A stretch of DNA of 64,000 nucleotides from Octopus sinensis (lineage: Eukaryota), in assembly GCF_006345805.1 (NCBI RefSeq), contig NC_042999.1:156426001-156490000 (forward strand), in the 5' to 3' direction. The notes below the pieces were generated by a model that saw only the letters and a list, made by a program, of their open reading frames with translations, was not told the origin of the DNA and ran no database searches. The position numbers and the translations under genes were made by a program. The stretch's first letter is position 1; each line of letters opens with the position of its first letter. Shown here one piece after another: positions 37,624-49,960 of this stretch.

Positions 37624-38158
37624 ATTGGTGAATAAATTCAGCGTAGAAAGAAATCACGGCAGTAGAGAAAAAAGGGTCATGTCATAGTTGAGGCTGTCAA
37701 AAAAGTGGTTCCATTTTATTTTCGTCAGTCGATTTACTCGAGTAACTGAATAGAAATCTGTAGTTAATACGTTCAACTTACACGTTCAACGATAAATAAA
37801 AGCAATACAAGATTCATGCTGCTCTGTTACAAAATCTCGTATAATCCTGGATTTCCTTGATACTGTTACAGGTGCTTCATATCCTGAGTTTTGTGGTGTT
37901 ATTTTACAGAGTACTTTCTTAGAACTTTACAAATCCTTCAGCAGTTTACATGGTTTATGCAGTTCGTTCAAGCATGAAATCTACTATATTTAGTGGTTGG
38001 CGTTAAACGTATATTTTCTGGTTAACGCATTCTGTCAGCAATAATATCGTCTGGAACCAAATCAGCTGATCAGATCTATCTGGGTATTCATTATATTTCA
38101 TTATAGATTTGCATATGGATTTCTGCTGCATTGGGCGCGCGCGCTTCAATGTGTGTTA

Positions 38159-38197
<39 letters not shown>

Positions 38198-38351
38198 GGA
38201 GAATTTCATAGTTTAGTTTTATAGTAACAGAAATATTTGATTTACGACGAAATTTTGCCCCTGCATATTTATATATATATATACTTTATTTAAAGCAGCA
38301 GACAATTCAACAAAACCTGTTACTCCGAGTTTCCCGTTGCTGTTGCAAAAA

Positions 38352-38389
38352 CTGTCCGATGAACGGCAACGGAAAACTCAGAGTAACAG
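38352..38389 (+). ncRNA. Hammerhead motif in gene B intron 1 (sense strand), within a 139-bp inverted repeat (38284-38422)
   Basis: Stem I CTGT/ACAG. Core CCGATGA. Stem II (A)CG-GCAA-CG. GAAA(A). Stem III ACT-CAG-AGT. GUA triplet at 38383-38385. Confidence 0.62.
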
Positions 38390-38661
38390 GCTTTGTTGAA
38401 TTTTCTGCTGCTTTAAATAAAGCATATTACTCTACCACTGGTATTTGAGTACTCTTTTTTCCACCTTGTTTCACATTTATGTGTTTACTCCGCTATATAT
38501 ATATATATATATATATGTTTTGGAAACTGATGTCTTTGGCCGTTCTACTAGTTGAATGTTAAGTAAATAAATTAACTATAAACTAACTTGTATGTTGCTT
38601 TGCCGAGCAACAAATACGCCTGTACTCTTATATTTTGTGTAAAGACAATTTAATTTTCCAG

Positions 38662-38979
38662 GTTCCCACTGGTTGTTTGAAATGACGAATATGATACTAA
38701 AAGAAAAAAGCGAAAGAATATCGACAATTAAAGAAGACCATATGCTGGAAATTTCTAGACCAGAAATGCTAGATGCCATTGATTCACCTCGCTTACTGCA
38801 TACTCATTTACCTCCTGATATTATTCCCGAGGGTCTTTTGAAAGACCACAAAATTCTTTATCTGACTCGCAATCCTAAAGCTGCATTTGTGTCATACTTC
38901 AGACACATGGCAGCACTTGATGAATATGGATACCGAGGAACTTTGGAAAACTATTTGGAAAAGCTTATGAATGGAGAAG
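38662..38979 (+). CDS. SULT-like gene B, coding exon 2
   Basis: TTTTCCAG acceptor. Encodes SHWLFEM...SPRLLHTHLPP...LTRNPKAAFVSYF. The 3' end is ambiguous: the only GT is at 38979 (phase 0), whereas exon 3 needs phase 1. Confidence 0.88.
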
Positions 38980-38980
38980 T

Positions 38981-38981
38981 A

Positions 38982-39042
<61 letters not shown>

Positions 39043-39046
39043 TTAC

Positions 39047-39079
<33 letters not shown>

Positions 39080-39105
39080 AACCACCACAACTACTACTAC
39101 TACCC
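38981..39105 (+). repeat. (ACT)n trinucleotide microsatellite abutting the exon-2 donor
   Basis: Directly visible. Read in frame it produces a poly-Thr ORF extension. Confidence 0.95.
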
Positions 39106-39349
39106 CCCTTACTATATATATATATATATATATACAGATATATATATGTGTGTATATACATACATATATCCACATACAAAAACATACACACATAAAATAC
39201 CTGTACATACATTTACACCCACCCACATATATCCGCTTGTATGTTCATATATGTAGTATTAAATGATTGTGATCCTTAAAGTAAGATAGGGGAGTTAATT
39301 AAAGATTAAATATTATGATGGAGATAAGTAGGGTTGTTGGGGATTGCCT

Positions 39350-39700
39350 ACGGGGTCTTGCAGATATATGCTGTGTCGTTATTTAGGTTGCTTTAGATTT
39401 GTGGTAAAATTTGAAGGTATGAAAAAAGCGGTGGTTGCATGTACTTAGGGTCTCATTATATTTGTTTAGTAGTGTTGAAGAGTTGTGTTTTAATATATGG
39501 AATACTTCTTTAAGGCAGCATAGCTTACAGGCTAAGCGTTGACCTTGGTATGGAAGCCCAGAATCTATTGTGAACCATGACAAAGTGTAGGAAATATTTC
39601 TATTTTTGAGATGATGTGCGACTGGCGAGTGTTGTGGATTTACTTTGTTTCTCGTATCTAAAAGAATTGAGATGAACGGCATATCGCTGTTTAAAATTTA
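39350..39700 (-). mobile_element. Penelope-like element C-terminal remnant
   Basis: ORF 39383-39682 contains CKLCCLKE...LLNKYNETLSTCNH, similar to the C-terminus of the PLE at 63000-63130. Confidence 0.65.
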
Positions 39701-40190
39701 TGGTTGACCCCATATATATATAGCTGTAGAAATGTATAATGTGTTGAGGTCGGTGCGTTTATAAATTACATTAGATCTTCTACAATGGGTTTGTAGAGGG
39801 CATATATATATATGTATGTATATGTATATATTGCACCCAGTATTAAAATAGTGACAGATATCCTTACGTTGCATTTGAGCAAGCACAGCAGGGCTGAACA
39901 TTATTCAAAATGGGGCACAATAGTAATGGCAATAATCGTGGAGCTATGCGATAACGAAGACTTCATATAGGCAATGTATACTATCCGAGAGACAAGACAA
40001 TATTAAGAATTATAAGAATGATTAGCTCAACTCAGGTAGACCCTCAGACATGCACCACCATCCCACGTTTATATACAAACACAAGAACTTATAATGTATA
40101 TTTGTACGATATACTCAGAAATAGCTGATTTCTAAAATCAATTTGCAGTTTTTGTTATACTTTGTATGAAATTTCTCTCTAATTTTATAG

Positions 40191-40288
40191 TGGTCGGCGG
40201 GCAATTTTTCGAATACACGCATGAAATTTGGCGCCTGATTAAAGACAATCCAAATGCTATAGTAATAACTTATGAAGAAATGAAAAAG
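40191..40288 (+). CDS. SULT-like gene B, coding exon 3
   Basis: TTTTATAG acceptor and GTAAGT donor, 98 nt. Encodes VGGQFFEYTHEIWRLIKDNPNAIVITYEEMKK, paralogous to gene A exon 3. Confidence 0.92.
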
Positions 40289-40505
40289 GTAAGTATGTTT
40301 ACGTCACCTGTTATTTTGCCATTCATCGACTGAAATAAATTCATCGATGAAATAAAACTTATTGGTTCTTAGACCAACCCGAACATACTCGTAGTATCAA
40401 GGATTATATTCATTTTTATATGTAGTTAAAGCAGATAATATTTATTAGATAACAAAGATTACGAGCTCTGAAATTCTAATTTCTTCTGCTATGATGTATG
40501 CGTTT

Positions 40506-40760
40506 GGAGGCGCGTGGTTTAGTGGTTAGGGTGTCAGCATAATGATCGTAAGATTGTGGTTTCGATTCCTGGACCGGGCGATGCGTTTTGTTCTTGAGCA
40601 AAACACCTCGTTTCACGTTGCTCCAGTTCACTCAGCTGGCAAAAATGAGTCACGCTGCGATGGACTGGCGTCCCGTCCAGCTGGGGAACACATACGCCAT
40701 TGAAACCGGGAAACCGGGCCCATGAGCTTGGCTAGGTTCTAAAAGGGCGCATTTATTTTT
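40506..40760 (+). mobile_element. tRNA-derived SINE (third family), left member of an inverted pair
   Basis: GGAGGCGCGTGGTTTAGTGGTTAGGG head. Near-identical reverse copy at 41281-41535. Confidence 0.88.
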
Positions 40761-41280
40761 ATTTTTATGATGTATGCGTACATACATACATATGTACATA
40801 TGTACAAATAAGCAAACATACACTTACATAATGACATACACAACCATACATGCCTATATAAACGCATATATAAATAAGCATATGCAAAGAAAATACTTTA
40901 GCAACATCGCTCTCAATGGCTTTATGATATCTTGTTTATTCTGCGCTTGACGCTTCTCATTCATAAACAGGAGGAAAATATAACCTATGATGATACTTGT
41001 AACAGAGAACTCATAACCAAAAACATTACACAGTGATCAAAAGCATAGGCCTCAGAACTCGCAGAAAACAAGCAATGAACAGCACACAATGTATTTGTAG
41101 TACTACTACTCGCACCAATATTTGTGGTTGTTGATTGGACACTAGATGATATACGAACCGTTCCTTTTAAAGCCCGAGAGCTAAAATCTCTGTAAAATGG
41201 AGCCATAACAGATCAAGAAAAAAGGGTTTGGGACTGATCATTACCTTACTAACAACCCATCAGGCACAATGTCGTTAAAT

Positions 41281-41535
41281 ATAAATAAATGCGCCCTTTT
41301 AAAGTCTAGCCAGGCTCATGGGCCCGGTTTCCTGATTTCAATGGCGTATGTGTTCCCCAGCTGGACGGGACGCCAGTCCATCGTAGCGTGACTCATTTTT
41401 GCCAGCTGAGTGGACTGGAGCAACGTGATATGAAGTGCTTTGCTCAAGAACAAAACGCATCGCCCGGTCCAGGAATCGAAACCACAATCTTACGATCATT
41501 ATGCTGACACCCTACCCACTAAGCCATGCGCCTCC
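41281..41535 (-). mobile_element. tRNA-derived SINE (third family), right member of an inverted pair
   Basis: Reverse complement of 40506-40760 with scattered substitutions. Confidence 0.88.
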
Positions 41536-42062
41536 ACGCACAGTGTCGTTACCACATCATTAATAGCACTGATTTAGAGCCCTCACAGCTGCTACAAATG
41601 ATGCGTCTCACTATCACAGTGGATTTATCAAGGCGAAATCACATTCTTACCATATATGGGACAGCTTTTCACTTTATTGCCAGAAAATATTTCATACCCA
41701 ACATCTACTGTCACTTTACAGGAAGTGTTTCTACTCGTAACAAGTTACCTTTGAAAGGTTATACCATACTTTCGAGGTTCAATTGGATATAGTTACAGCT
41801 CGATGTCTATCGGGAACAAAATTTAGGCCGGAACATTTTGGGAAAGATGTGTTTTGTGTTGGGCATGAGTACAGTAAAGGGAAGTGAGATGTAGGTGAAG
41901 AAATTGGTACATAATCCGTTAGAGAATAAGAGTAGAAAGAGTTGTAGGAACGAAAAAGTCAGGGGAAGGATACATCACCCAGATTAGGGTTTGTGGAGCA
42001 TTGTTGTTACTTATCTTTCTAAACACCAGCTTATACATAGTATACGTTAAATACGTACATAT

Positions 42063-42473
42063 AGGCGCAGGAGTGGCTGTGTGGTAAGTAGCTTGCTAAC
42101 CAACCACATGGTTCCGGGTTCAGTCCCACTGCGTGGCACCTTGGGCAAGTGTCTTCTACTATAGCCCCGGGCCGACCAATGCCTTGTGAGTGGATTTGGT
42201 AGACGGAAACTGAAAGAAGCCTGTCGTATATATGTATATATATGTATATGCATTTATGTGTTTGTGTGTCTGTGTTTGTCCCCCTAGAATTGCTTGACAA
42301 CCGATGCTGGTGTGTTTACGTCCCCGTCACTTAGCGGTTCGGCAAAAGAGACCGATAGAATAAGTACTGGGCTTACAAAGAATAAGTCCCGGGGTCGATT
42401 TGCTCGACTAAAAGGCGGTGCTCCAGCATGGCCGCAGTCAAATGACTGAAACAAGTAAAAGAGTAAAAGAGTA
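42063..42473 (+). mobile_element. SINE, second family, full length
   Basis: GGCGCAGGAGTGGCTGTGTGGTAAG head through the AAAGAGT tail. Confidence 0.9.
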
Positions 42474-42639
42474 TACCAGTAATAGCTATTAAATTAAACA
42501 GCAATACTTTCTACAGTTTAGAAATATTTTCTTTAATATAAATGAGTTATTCGTATATCACACGCATATTTCATAATGATAGTTAAGAGCAATTATCAAA
42601 ATAGTCTGTTTAATTTTTTTATTGTATTTCTTATAACAG

Positions 42640-42817
42640 GTTCCCTTTGAAGTAGTGTCTCGCATTGCCAAGTTGCTCGGGAAGTCTATTAGCAACCAAC
42701 TAGCTGAAAACATCATTGACATGTGTTCGTTTGAGAAGATGACATCCGAAAAAAGTACCGAGAGTTCCAACTTTACAAAAGAATTGTTCCGGGACAATGG
42801 ATCTTTTTATCACAATG
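42640..42817 (+). CDS. SULT-like gene B, coding exon 4
   Basis: TAACAG acceptor and phase-1 GTATGT donor. Encodes VPFEVVSRIAKLLGKS...MCSFEKM...GSFYHNG, aligning to SULT I..FLG....TSF..MK...FMRKG. Confidence 0.9.
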
Positions 42818-42933
42818 GTATGTTTACAGTTGATATCAGTATGTTTAAGAGGAATAACAAAATGAAGGTGTGATGTTAGTGCAGTTTCCACGGACATTAA
42901 ATCTATAAGTAAAGCTAAATAACTAATGGGATC

Positions 42934-43316
42934 GAAGCACTCCGTCGGTTACGACGATGAGGGTTCCGGTTGATCCAAATCAACGGAACAGCCTGCTCGT
43001 GAAATTAACGTATAAGTGGCTGAGCACTCCACAGACACGTGTACCATTAACGTAGTTCTCGGGGATATTCAGCGTGACACAGAGAGTGACAAGACCGGCC
43101 CTTTGAAATACAGGTACAACAGAAACAGGAAGTAAGAGTGAGAGAAAGTTGTGGTGAAAGAGTACAGCAGGGATCACCACCATCCCCTGCCGGAGACTCG
43201 TGGAGCTTTAGGTGCTTTCGCTCAATAAACACTCACAACGCCCGGTCTGGGAATCGAAACCGCGATCCTACGACTGCGAGTCCGCTGCCCTAACCACTGG
43301 GCTATTGCGCCTCCAC
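42934..43316 (-). mobile_element. tRNA-derived SINE in gene B intron 4
   Basis: Reverse-orientation full copy of the 37241 family. Confidence 0.92.
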
Positions 43317-43932
43317 TTGATATTTTATTAGCAACTCTATCACAATCGGATCAACTTTGAGGAAACATTTCTGGAAAAGAAGTACCTATGTTTCAAACTT
43401 CTTCAACTTCAACAGGAACAACTATACTGACCAATTTTTACCCCCAAAGATGATGCAACAGTACAAAATGATGATGAAATACTTACAATGTAATGGCATC
43501 AAAACGGTAGGGAAAAAATAACGAGAAATCAGAAATTACTCATTTTGCTCCAGTTACCGCTTTTGCTCCTGCCCCATGTATATAAAATTATTTGTAATTT
43601 AAATAACGTGAAACGCCTTCAACAAAGTATTGAAGTCACATAATGTTCTGGGACATGTCGACAGATCACCTTTTGGTATAAGGCACCTACTTTAACAAAA
43701 TGTTAATTTTGCACATTTGCATAAAACCAGAAGTCTGTAAAGAAGATGGATAGATCTCAGTATGTTATGACTATTTGTTTTATTGCACCACAAAATTTAA
43801 AATAGAAATACAAAGGGACATAACTATATACCAAATTTGAATATGTTTGATAATCTGCTGTTTTTAGCATTCTTTACTGTGATAAATGCTAAAATTGAAT
43901 TCATAATAGAATTTTTAATAATTTTTTTTTAG

Positions 43933-44039
43933 GTCAAATTGCGACTTGGAAAAAGTGGTTAACTGTAGAACAAAGCGAGAGAATAGATGCTTGCATCCAA
44001 TCACAGCTCATTGACCAGGGAATCAATTTAAATTTTTGA
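43933..44039 (+). CDS. SULT-like gene B, last coding exon
   Basis: T-rich AG acceptor. Encodes QIATWKKWLTVEQSERIDACIQSQLIDQGINLNF-stop, matching the SULT C-terminal G..GDWK..FTV.Q.E.FD region. Confidence 0.92.
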
Positions 44040-44470
44040 GTTATTTAATGTCTTTCAAGTAAGGGTTCGTAACATTATTTACAAGAGATTGTAAACAAAT
44101 ATCTGATGAAAAATAATCTATTTTATTGGAATTATTAAAATATTTGATTTGTTTCAATGTGTTATACTTAATAATAAATAATGTAGACATTGTGATAAAT
44201 ATAATTAATGATTATATAAATACGGATTGTCTTCGGCTTTATCTTTTGCATTTTGTTATCACTGGACTGCGGTCATACTGGAACACCAATTTGAAAGGCT
44301 TTAGTCGAATGGATCTATCCCATGATTTCTGTTTTTTAAAGCGCGATACTTATTCTATAGGTCACTTCTGCGGAACCACAAAATTACGGGGATATAAACA
44401 AACCAACAATATATGTCACAGAATCAAGGAAATTGGGTTTAATCGGGATTAAACGTTGATCTTATATATA

Positions 44471-45383
44471 CCGTAAATCCTCGAGTATAATTCGCATTTT
44501 CCCCCCAAAATTTAAAGGTCAAAATCCCTAGTGCGTATTATATACGAGGTTAAAAATGAAAAATATTTTCTAAGCAATGTCCGAGTCTCTATTTGCTGTC
44601 CGGCAATGTTTATTCAGACACATTTTGTGATGTCGGGTTCGAAAATACCTTAAGCTAAGCCTGAAAGCAATGAAGTCATAAAAGAATCATCCATAACTTG
44701 CAGTAAGCAACATTTATTAAAATAAAAAGTATTCAGAACACAGAATAACATGTAACAAAAACAATTTGCAAACATATTTACATTTCCATATAACAGTTAA
44801 GAACATCACCATAATTGTATTACGCATGCGCGGAAGCGTCTGTTCGACTAAATGCTGCTGGCTTAATTTCCGCACGAATTGTGCATAATAGTTCATCCTG
44901 CTGTTTGTATTGGTACTCTGGATGACGTTGAATGGAAAGATGAAATAAATGAAAGTGAATCTTCTGATGTTGACTATGAATCTGACGATGACGGAGATTT
45001 ACACTACAATGATGCTGACATGCTTACGGAGGAACAAATGGAACAGTTATTTGATGCTGAAAGTGACGTTGAATTCGAAGGATTTGAATAAATGTTTTTG
45101 CTTTTGCTTTTGTAACTGATAGTGATAAATATGTAAATGCAGCTTACTTAATATTTATTTTTCACTGACGTTATTATTGTTATTTCTTTATTTTCTGCAA
45201 ACAAAATACACAAAAAAGCTATACAATAATGATAAAGGACGTTACCGTATACATTTTTACAAACCAAGGACGTTGTATAGACCTCCTTGACTCAAGTTAG
45301 CGAAGGGATGCGTATTATACACAAAGTTTAGGTTTTTCGGAGGTACAGCCCCCTAAAAATCCCCTGCTTATTATACTCAAGGG
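44471..45383 (+). mobile_element. Non-autonomous pogo/Tigger-like element
   Basis: TA|CCGTAAATCCTCGAGTATAA left end and partial complement TTATACTCAAGG at the right end. Acidic transposase-tail remnant ending LFDAESDVEFEGFE. Confidence 0.7.
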
Positions 45384-45607
45384 CATTGGTCGGCCCGGGG
45401 CTATAGCAGAAGACACTTGCCCAAGATGCCACGCAATATATATATTATATATATATGTGTGTGTGTGAGTGTGTGCGTGTGTGCGTGCGTGTGTGTGTAT
45501 GTATGTATGTGTGTGTGTGTATATATATTCAAAATGTAGCTACATGTGGATTGTTGGCGATTTTTTTCTTCCGTCTTCCTTTTCTCTTGGACCTTCCTCT
45601 GTCTCCT

Positions 45608-45642
45608 GTTTCTGAAGAAGACCTTTGCTCGAAACGTAAAGC
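45608..45642 (+). ncRNA. Minimal hammerhead motif in a PLE-like terminal fragment
   Basis: GTTT-CTGAAGA-A-GACC-TTT-GCTC-GAA-ACGT-A-AAGC. Palindromic stem III ACGT and GUA triplet. One stem II mismatch. Confidence 0.6.
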
Positions 45643-45842
45643 GCTCTTCTTTTCCTTCCCTGAGCGTCTTGTAATACTTTGTATGTACCACGACCTCGCG
45701 TTGTTCTTTTCTTGTGTTTTCTCTTTGTTTTTTTGTTTGTTAATTATATATAAGTCCTTGGGTCGATTTGCTCGACTAAAGGCGGTGCTCCAGCATAGCC
45801 ACAGTCAAATGACTGAAACAAATAAAAGAATAAAAAATAAAA

Positions 45843-45878
<36 letters not shown>

Positions 45879-46036
45879 AAAAATACAAACTGGGACAAGA
45901 ACGAGAAACATTTAGAAGACGATGCAAAAAACACGGACGGGACATTCGAAGCCTTCAATCTTCAGTCAAGAACCGGATCATCGTAGCAATTTCGGCTGAT
46001 TAATCTTGATTTGCTCCGATCTGGCCAGCCCCAAAG

Positions 46037-46072
<36 letters not shown>

Positions 46073-46167
46073 ATAAAAATGGTAAGACAACAAAAGAATG
46101 AAAGAGACCTCGATATTATGTAAATAGAGGAATTTATCTGTAAATGTAATATGTGACAATTATTCGG

Positions 46168-46241
46168 TAGCCATGATAAAACTTCGAGTTTCGGATGCTG
46201 AGGTGGAAATCCACGCCGCCATCTCTTCAGTTATCCGGCCA
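46168..46241 (-). ncRNA. Type I hammerhead in a solo 3' fragment of the PLE family at 59942-63504
   Basis: Reverse strand GCC-G-GATAA CTGAAGA GATG...CATC-C GAA ACT-CGA-AGT T TTATC-AT-GGC. Confidence 0.7.
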
Positions 46242-47567
46242 TCGGAAAAAATGCTATGAAAAATGACCGTTATACAAAGGGAAATTACTGTGTGATTGAC
46301 CGTCATTAAGACAAAAGAGCTATTAGAATGATCGCTAAGTGAAGGGAGGGAGTAAAAGTAAGGGGGTAAAAAAGTTTATAGTATTCACATAAGCGCACAT
46401 GTTCATACCTACACATGAGCGCCCGCACACGTACGTGCATGCGCCTAAAAGTATACACTCATCCACCCTCACTTTAAACGTACACAACCTCACCCGCACC
46501 ATAAACCAATATCTCTATAAATTGTAAAAAATATATGTATATTTATGTATATATAAGTAAAAGGTATATGTGTGTGTGGTGTGTGTGTGTGTGTGTGTGT
46601 GTGCGTGTGTTTGAGTGAGAAAAAGAGGAAGAGAGATAGAAAAACTGACTCAGAGAGACTCAGAGAGAGTGAACGTGCGTGTGAATATGTTTGTGAGTGT
46701 GTGTGTGTATTTATATCTGTGTGTGTATGTTTTTTATACTTGTATGTGTGTGTGTATGTGTGTGTGTGTGTTCGTGTTTGGTTAGTGTGGCTCCTTAATG
46801 ACATTCTGCATGGGTCTGTTAGTGCGAGTGTTTCTTACAGATGTGCGGGCGAATGCGTGTGTGCGTGTGTATTTTCGCGTGTGTATGCATACTTGTGCAG
46901 GTTTTGTGGTAAAGGTTGCTGTAAAGGAGTTGAGAGAGGTTAGCTTTTGAGAAGGGCTTCATATTACAGCACTTGGATTCTAGTTTGATGCCAAACATTG
47001 CCAGCAAGCTAGTTTATTCTGAACATGTACTCATGCGCACACAATGGGCTCCAATAATTTCTGTTTTTATTATTACTGGAGATGCAAAACCGATGATCTC
47101 TTCCTGGGTCCCTTTCCTTCAAATCGATAACCCTCCTTCCAAGTATGTGTATGTATGTAATCATTCATTATTAAGTGGTAAACTTAGTATTGTTGATATT
47201 GTTTGGACTCTTCTTTTACTTGTTTCGGTCATTTGACTGTGACCATGCTGGGGCACCGCCTTGAAGGGTTTTAGACAAACAAATCGACCCTAAAAACTTT
47301 CTTATGTTTAGAAGCTTAGTACTTATGCTATCCGTCTCTTTTGCCGAACCGCTAAGTTAGAGGACGTAAACACACCACTACCGGTTGTCAAGCGGCGTTG
47401 GGCGACAAACACAGACACAGAGGCACACACACATAGATATATACATGCATACACACACACACACACATATACGACGGGCTTCTCTCAGTTACTGTTTACC
47501 AAATCCCCTCTCAAGGCTTTCGTTGACCTGAGACTATAGTAGAAAATACTTGCCCATGGTTTCACAC

Positions 47568-47609
<42 letters not shown>

Positions 47610-48093
47610 TTTTGGGAAAGCACTGTAACAGCGCATCGCTGCTCCCACCATTTGTTAGTGATTCTCTACTCCCGGTAGATGTCGCCTTTGCACCACTTAG
47701 GCGAAATCACTCCAGCCCATGGGTCTGTTTTGGGTAGTCGATGCTGGTAAGGATTTTACGAAGTCTGAGTGCAAGTCCTACTTCAACCTCTTTTAGTCGC
47801 CTTTTTACGACACGCAGAGGAAATATAAGACGAGAGATTAGAAATTTTCATACAGATAGGTTTTTAGAACAAAAGGCGTGGCTCTCAATCAGTTTATGGA
47901 AAGTTTTGTAGGTGTGTGAATGTAGGTTCAAGGAAGCATCAAGATAGTCGACCTCAGGTTATTACTAATTGTAATTTTTAGCCCTATGTTGATAAGTGCA
48001 GAGTTGGTACAAACTAATGTTGCGGGTAGGGAATTTAGTTTTAGTATATGGAAGCTTGGCATATATCAGCACTGTCATAGGAACACAAAGGGT

Positions 48094-48270
48094 GGAGGCT
48101 CAATAGCCCAGTGGTTAGGGCAGCGGACTCGCGGTCATAGGATCGCGGTTTCGATTCCCAGACCGGGCGTTGTGAGTGTTTATTGAGCAAAAACACATAA
48201 AGCTGTTCCGTTGATTCAGATCAACCGGAACCCTCGTCGTCGTAACCGACGGAGTGCTTCCATCCATTCC
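48094..48270 (+). mobile_element. Internally deleted tRNA-derived SINE
   Basis: Head and tail are joined. TSD AGGAACACAAAGGG. Confidence 0.85.
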
Positions 48271-49247
48271 AGGAACACAAAGGGACGTCAAATAGGTCCC
48301 TTGGTTAATAATTTATAATCCAAGCTGGTTCTTTTTGAAAGAGGCGAATTCTACGTGCATGCACGACCAGTCCAATATCTATCTGATTTATACTGAATTA
48401 TTTGCTGGTAAACTCCGTAGCTTTGACCAGCAACGGTGTCGATATGGTGAACTTCTACGTCTACGATGTCAAACTTTTGGAACCGATTCTTTGACTTACT
48501 CTTTACTCCCTTGAACTAACTGATGACAGGGTCACTGTTTTCCCACTATGTGATAAAAACAACATATATCCTGCTGAAGTTAATGAGTTACAACAATTAT
48601 TTAAATACATAAGACAAAAGTAATTTACCAGCTTGTTCCAACTAGGGCACACAAATCAAGGACTGTGGATACCTTCCGTCATAAGACGTGGCCACCTGGG
48701 TTTGCTATTTCTAAAAGCCAAGAATCATTTCCTATTAAAAGAACTGACCAACTGCAAACATGTCAACACATTTTTTCTTCTTTCACTCTTCCTTCTTCCT
48801 TTCCTTCTCTTTTCCATTGACACACCTTTCAGACACAAAAGTACACACACACACACACCACACACACATGCTCTCTCTCTCTCACTTTCTCCCCATTCAT
48901 CACCCTCTTGTACTATCTTATATCTCTCTCCACCCCTACACACTCAATAATACTATAAAAAGAGACAAAATTCCTGAAAAAGCATAAGCTTCTGAGAATA
49001 AGAAAACTTATTGATATGTAAGAGATGACATATAGTGTGTATGTGCGTGCATATACACACACATACATACATACATAAATACATATATACATACATACAT
49101 ACATACAAACATACATGCATACACAGGCGTATGTACGTACATGCATACATACATACATACATACACACATGTATACATACATACACACATACATACGTAC
49201 ATATATATGACGAACTAACTGTTACTTTCTCAGATGCAGCACGGATT

Positions 49248-49297
49248 TTTGTCAGTGAACAGGTCGCGGATTTTAGCGACGAAAATATTTTGACAAA
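49248..49297 (+). ncRNA. Type I hammerhead motif, G3-C8 core variant (other copies 50665-50713 minus, 54831-54880 minus, 56275-56323 plus)
   Basis: Stem I TTTGTCA/TGACAAA. Core GTGAACA plus an extra G. Stem II GTCGC/GCGAC. GAA. Palindromic stem III AATATT. U at position 17. Confidence 0.68.
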
Positions 49298-49376
49298 TTA
49301 AACTTAAATGTTGAAGTTAATCGAACGGCTTTTGTGTGTTTCTTAAATGGCTTATAAACACCTTCCACGCTGCAAT

Positions 49377-49409
<33 letters not shown>

Positions 49410-49419
49410 TATATATATA

Positions 49420-49454
<35 letters not shown>

Positions 49455-49873
49455 CTTATTATAAAAGGCAGATTTTATCTGCCTCCCTTTGTATCTTATA
49501 GAAATCTACAATATAGGATTTCTTCAATTACAATTTACCTAGCATTTTAAGAGTAGAATGCATCGGGTCATGCCAGGTCCAGTTTTAAAATTTAAACTCC
49601 AATTAAGCAAAATTTACAGAAAACTCACATTCTGGTGTGTGTGTCAAATGCTTTCTTAGTCTGGTTTACAGCACACGCAAACGCACACACACAGTGGGCA
49701 GCGAATAAAATGAAAGTAATTTACTTACTGTAGTGAGTGATTCTTTCACTCTGCCTCCCACTTCCTCTCTTTCAACACATAGACACGCAAATATATAAAT
49801 AAAAATTGTAAGCTAACGTGCGTGTGTGTGAGTGTGTGTGTGTGGCGCGGTGTGTGTGTGAGGGTGCGCGCGG

Positions 49874-49905
<32 letters not shown>

Positions 49906-49960
49906 GCGTGAGTGTGTGACAGGAAAGTTTTTTACGACGACGAATATAAGTAGCAGAAAG

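Noticed and set aside
38673-39266. 197-aa SULT ORF with a poly-Thr tail as a standalone protein
   Set aside because: It is exon 2 read through into an intronic (ACT)n repeat. Exons 3-5 exist downstream.
44879-45091. Acidic 70-aa ORF as a host gene
   Set aside because: It lies inside a pogo-like element and resembles a transposase acidic tail.
45960-46040. Possible hammerhead on the minus strand (GGCTG...CAGCC GAAA)
   Set aside because: The core and stem I 5' strand are absent, truncated by a TA repeat.
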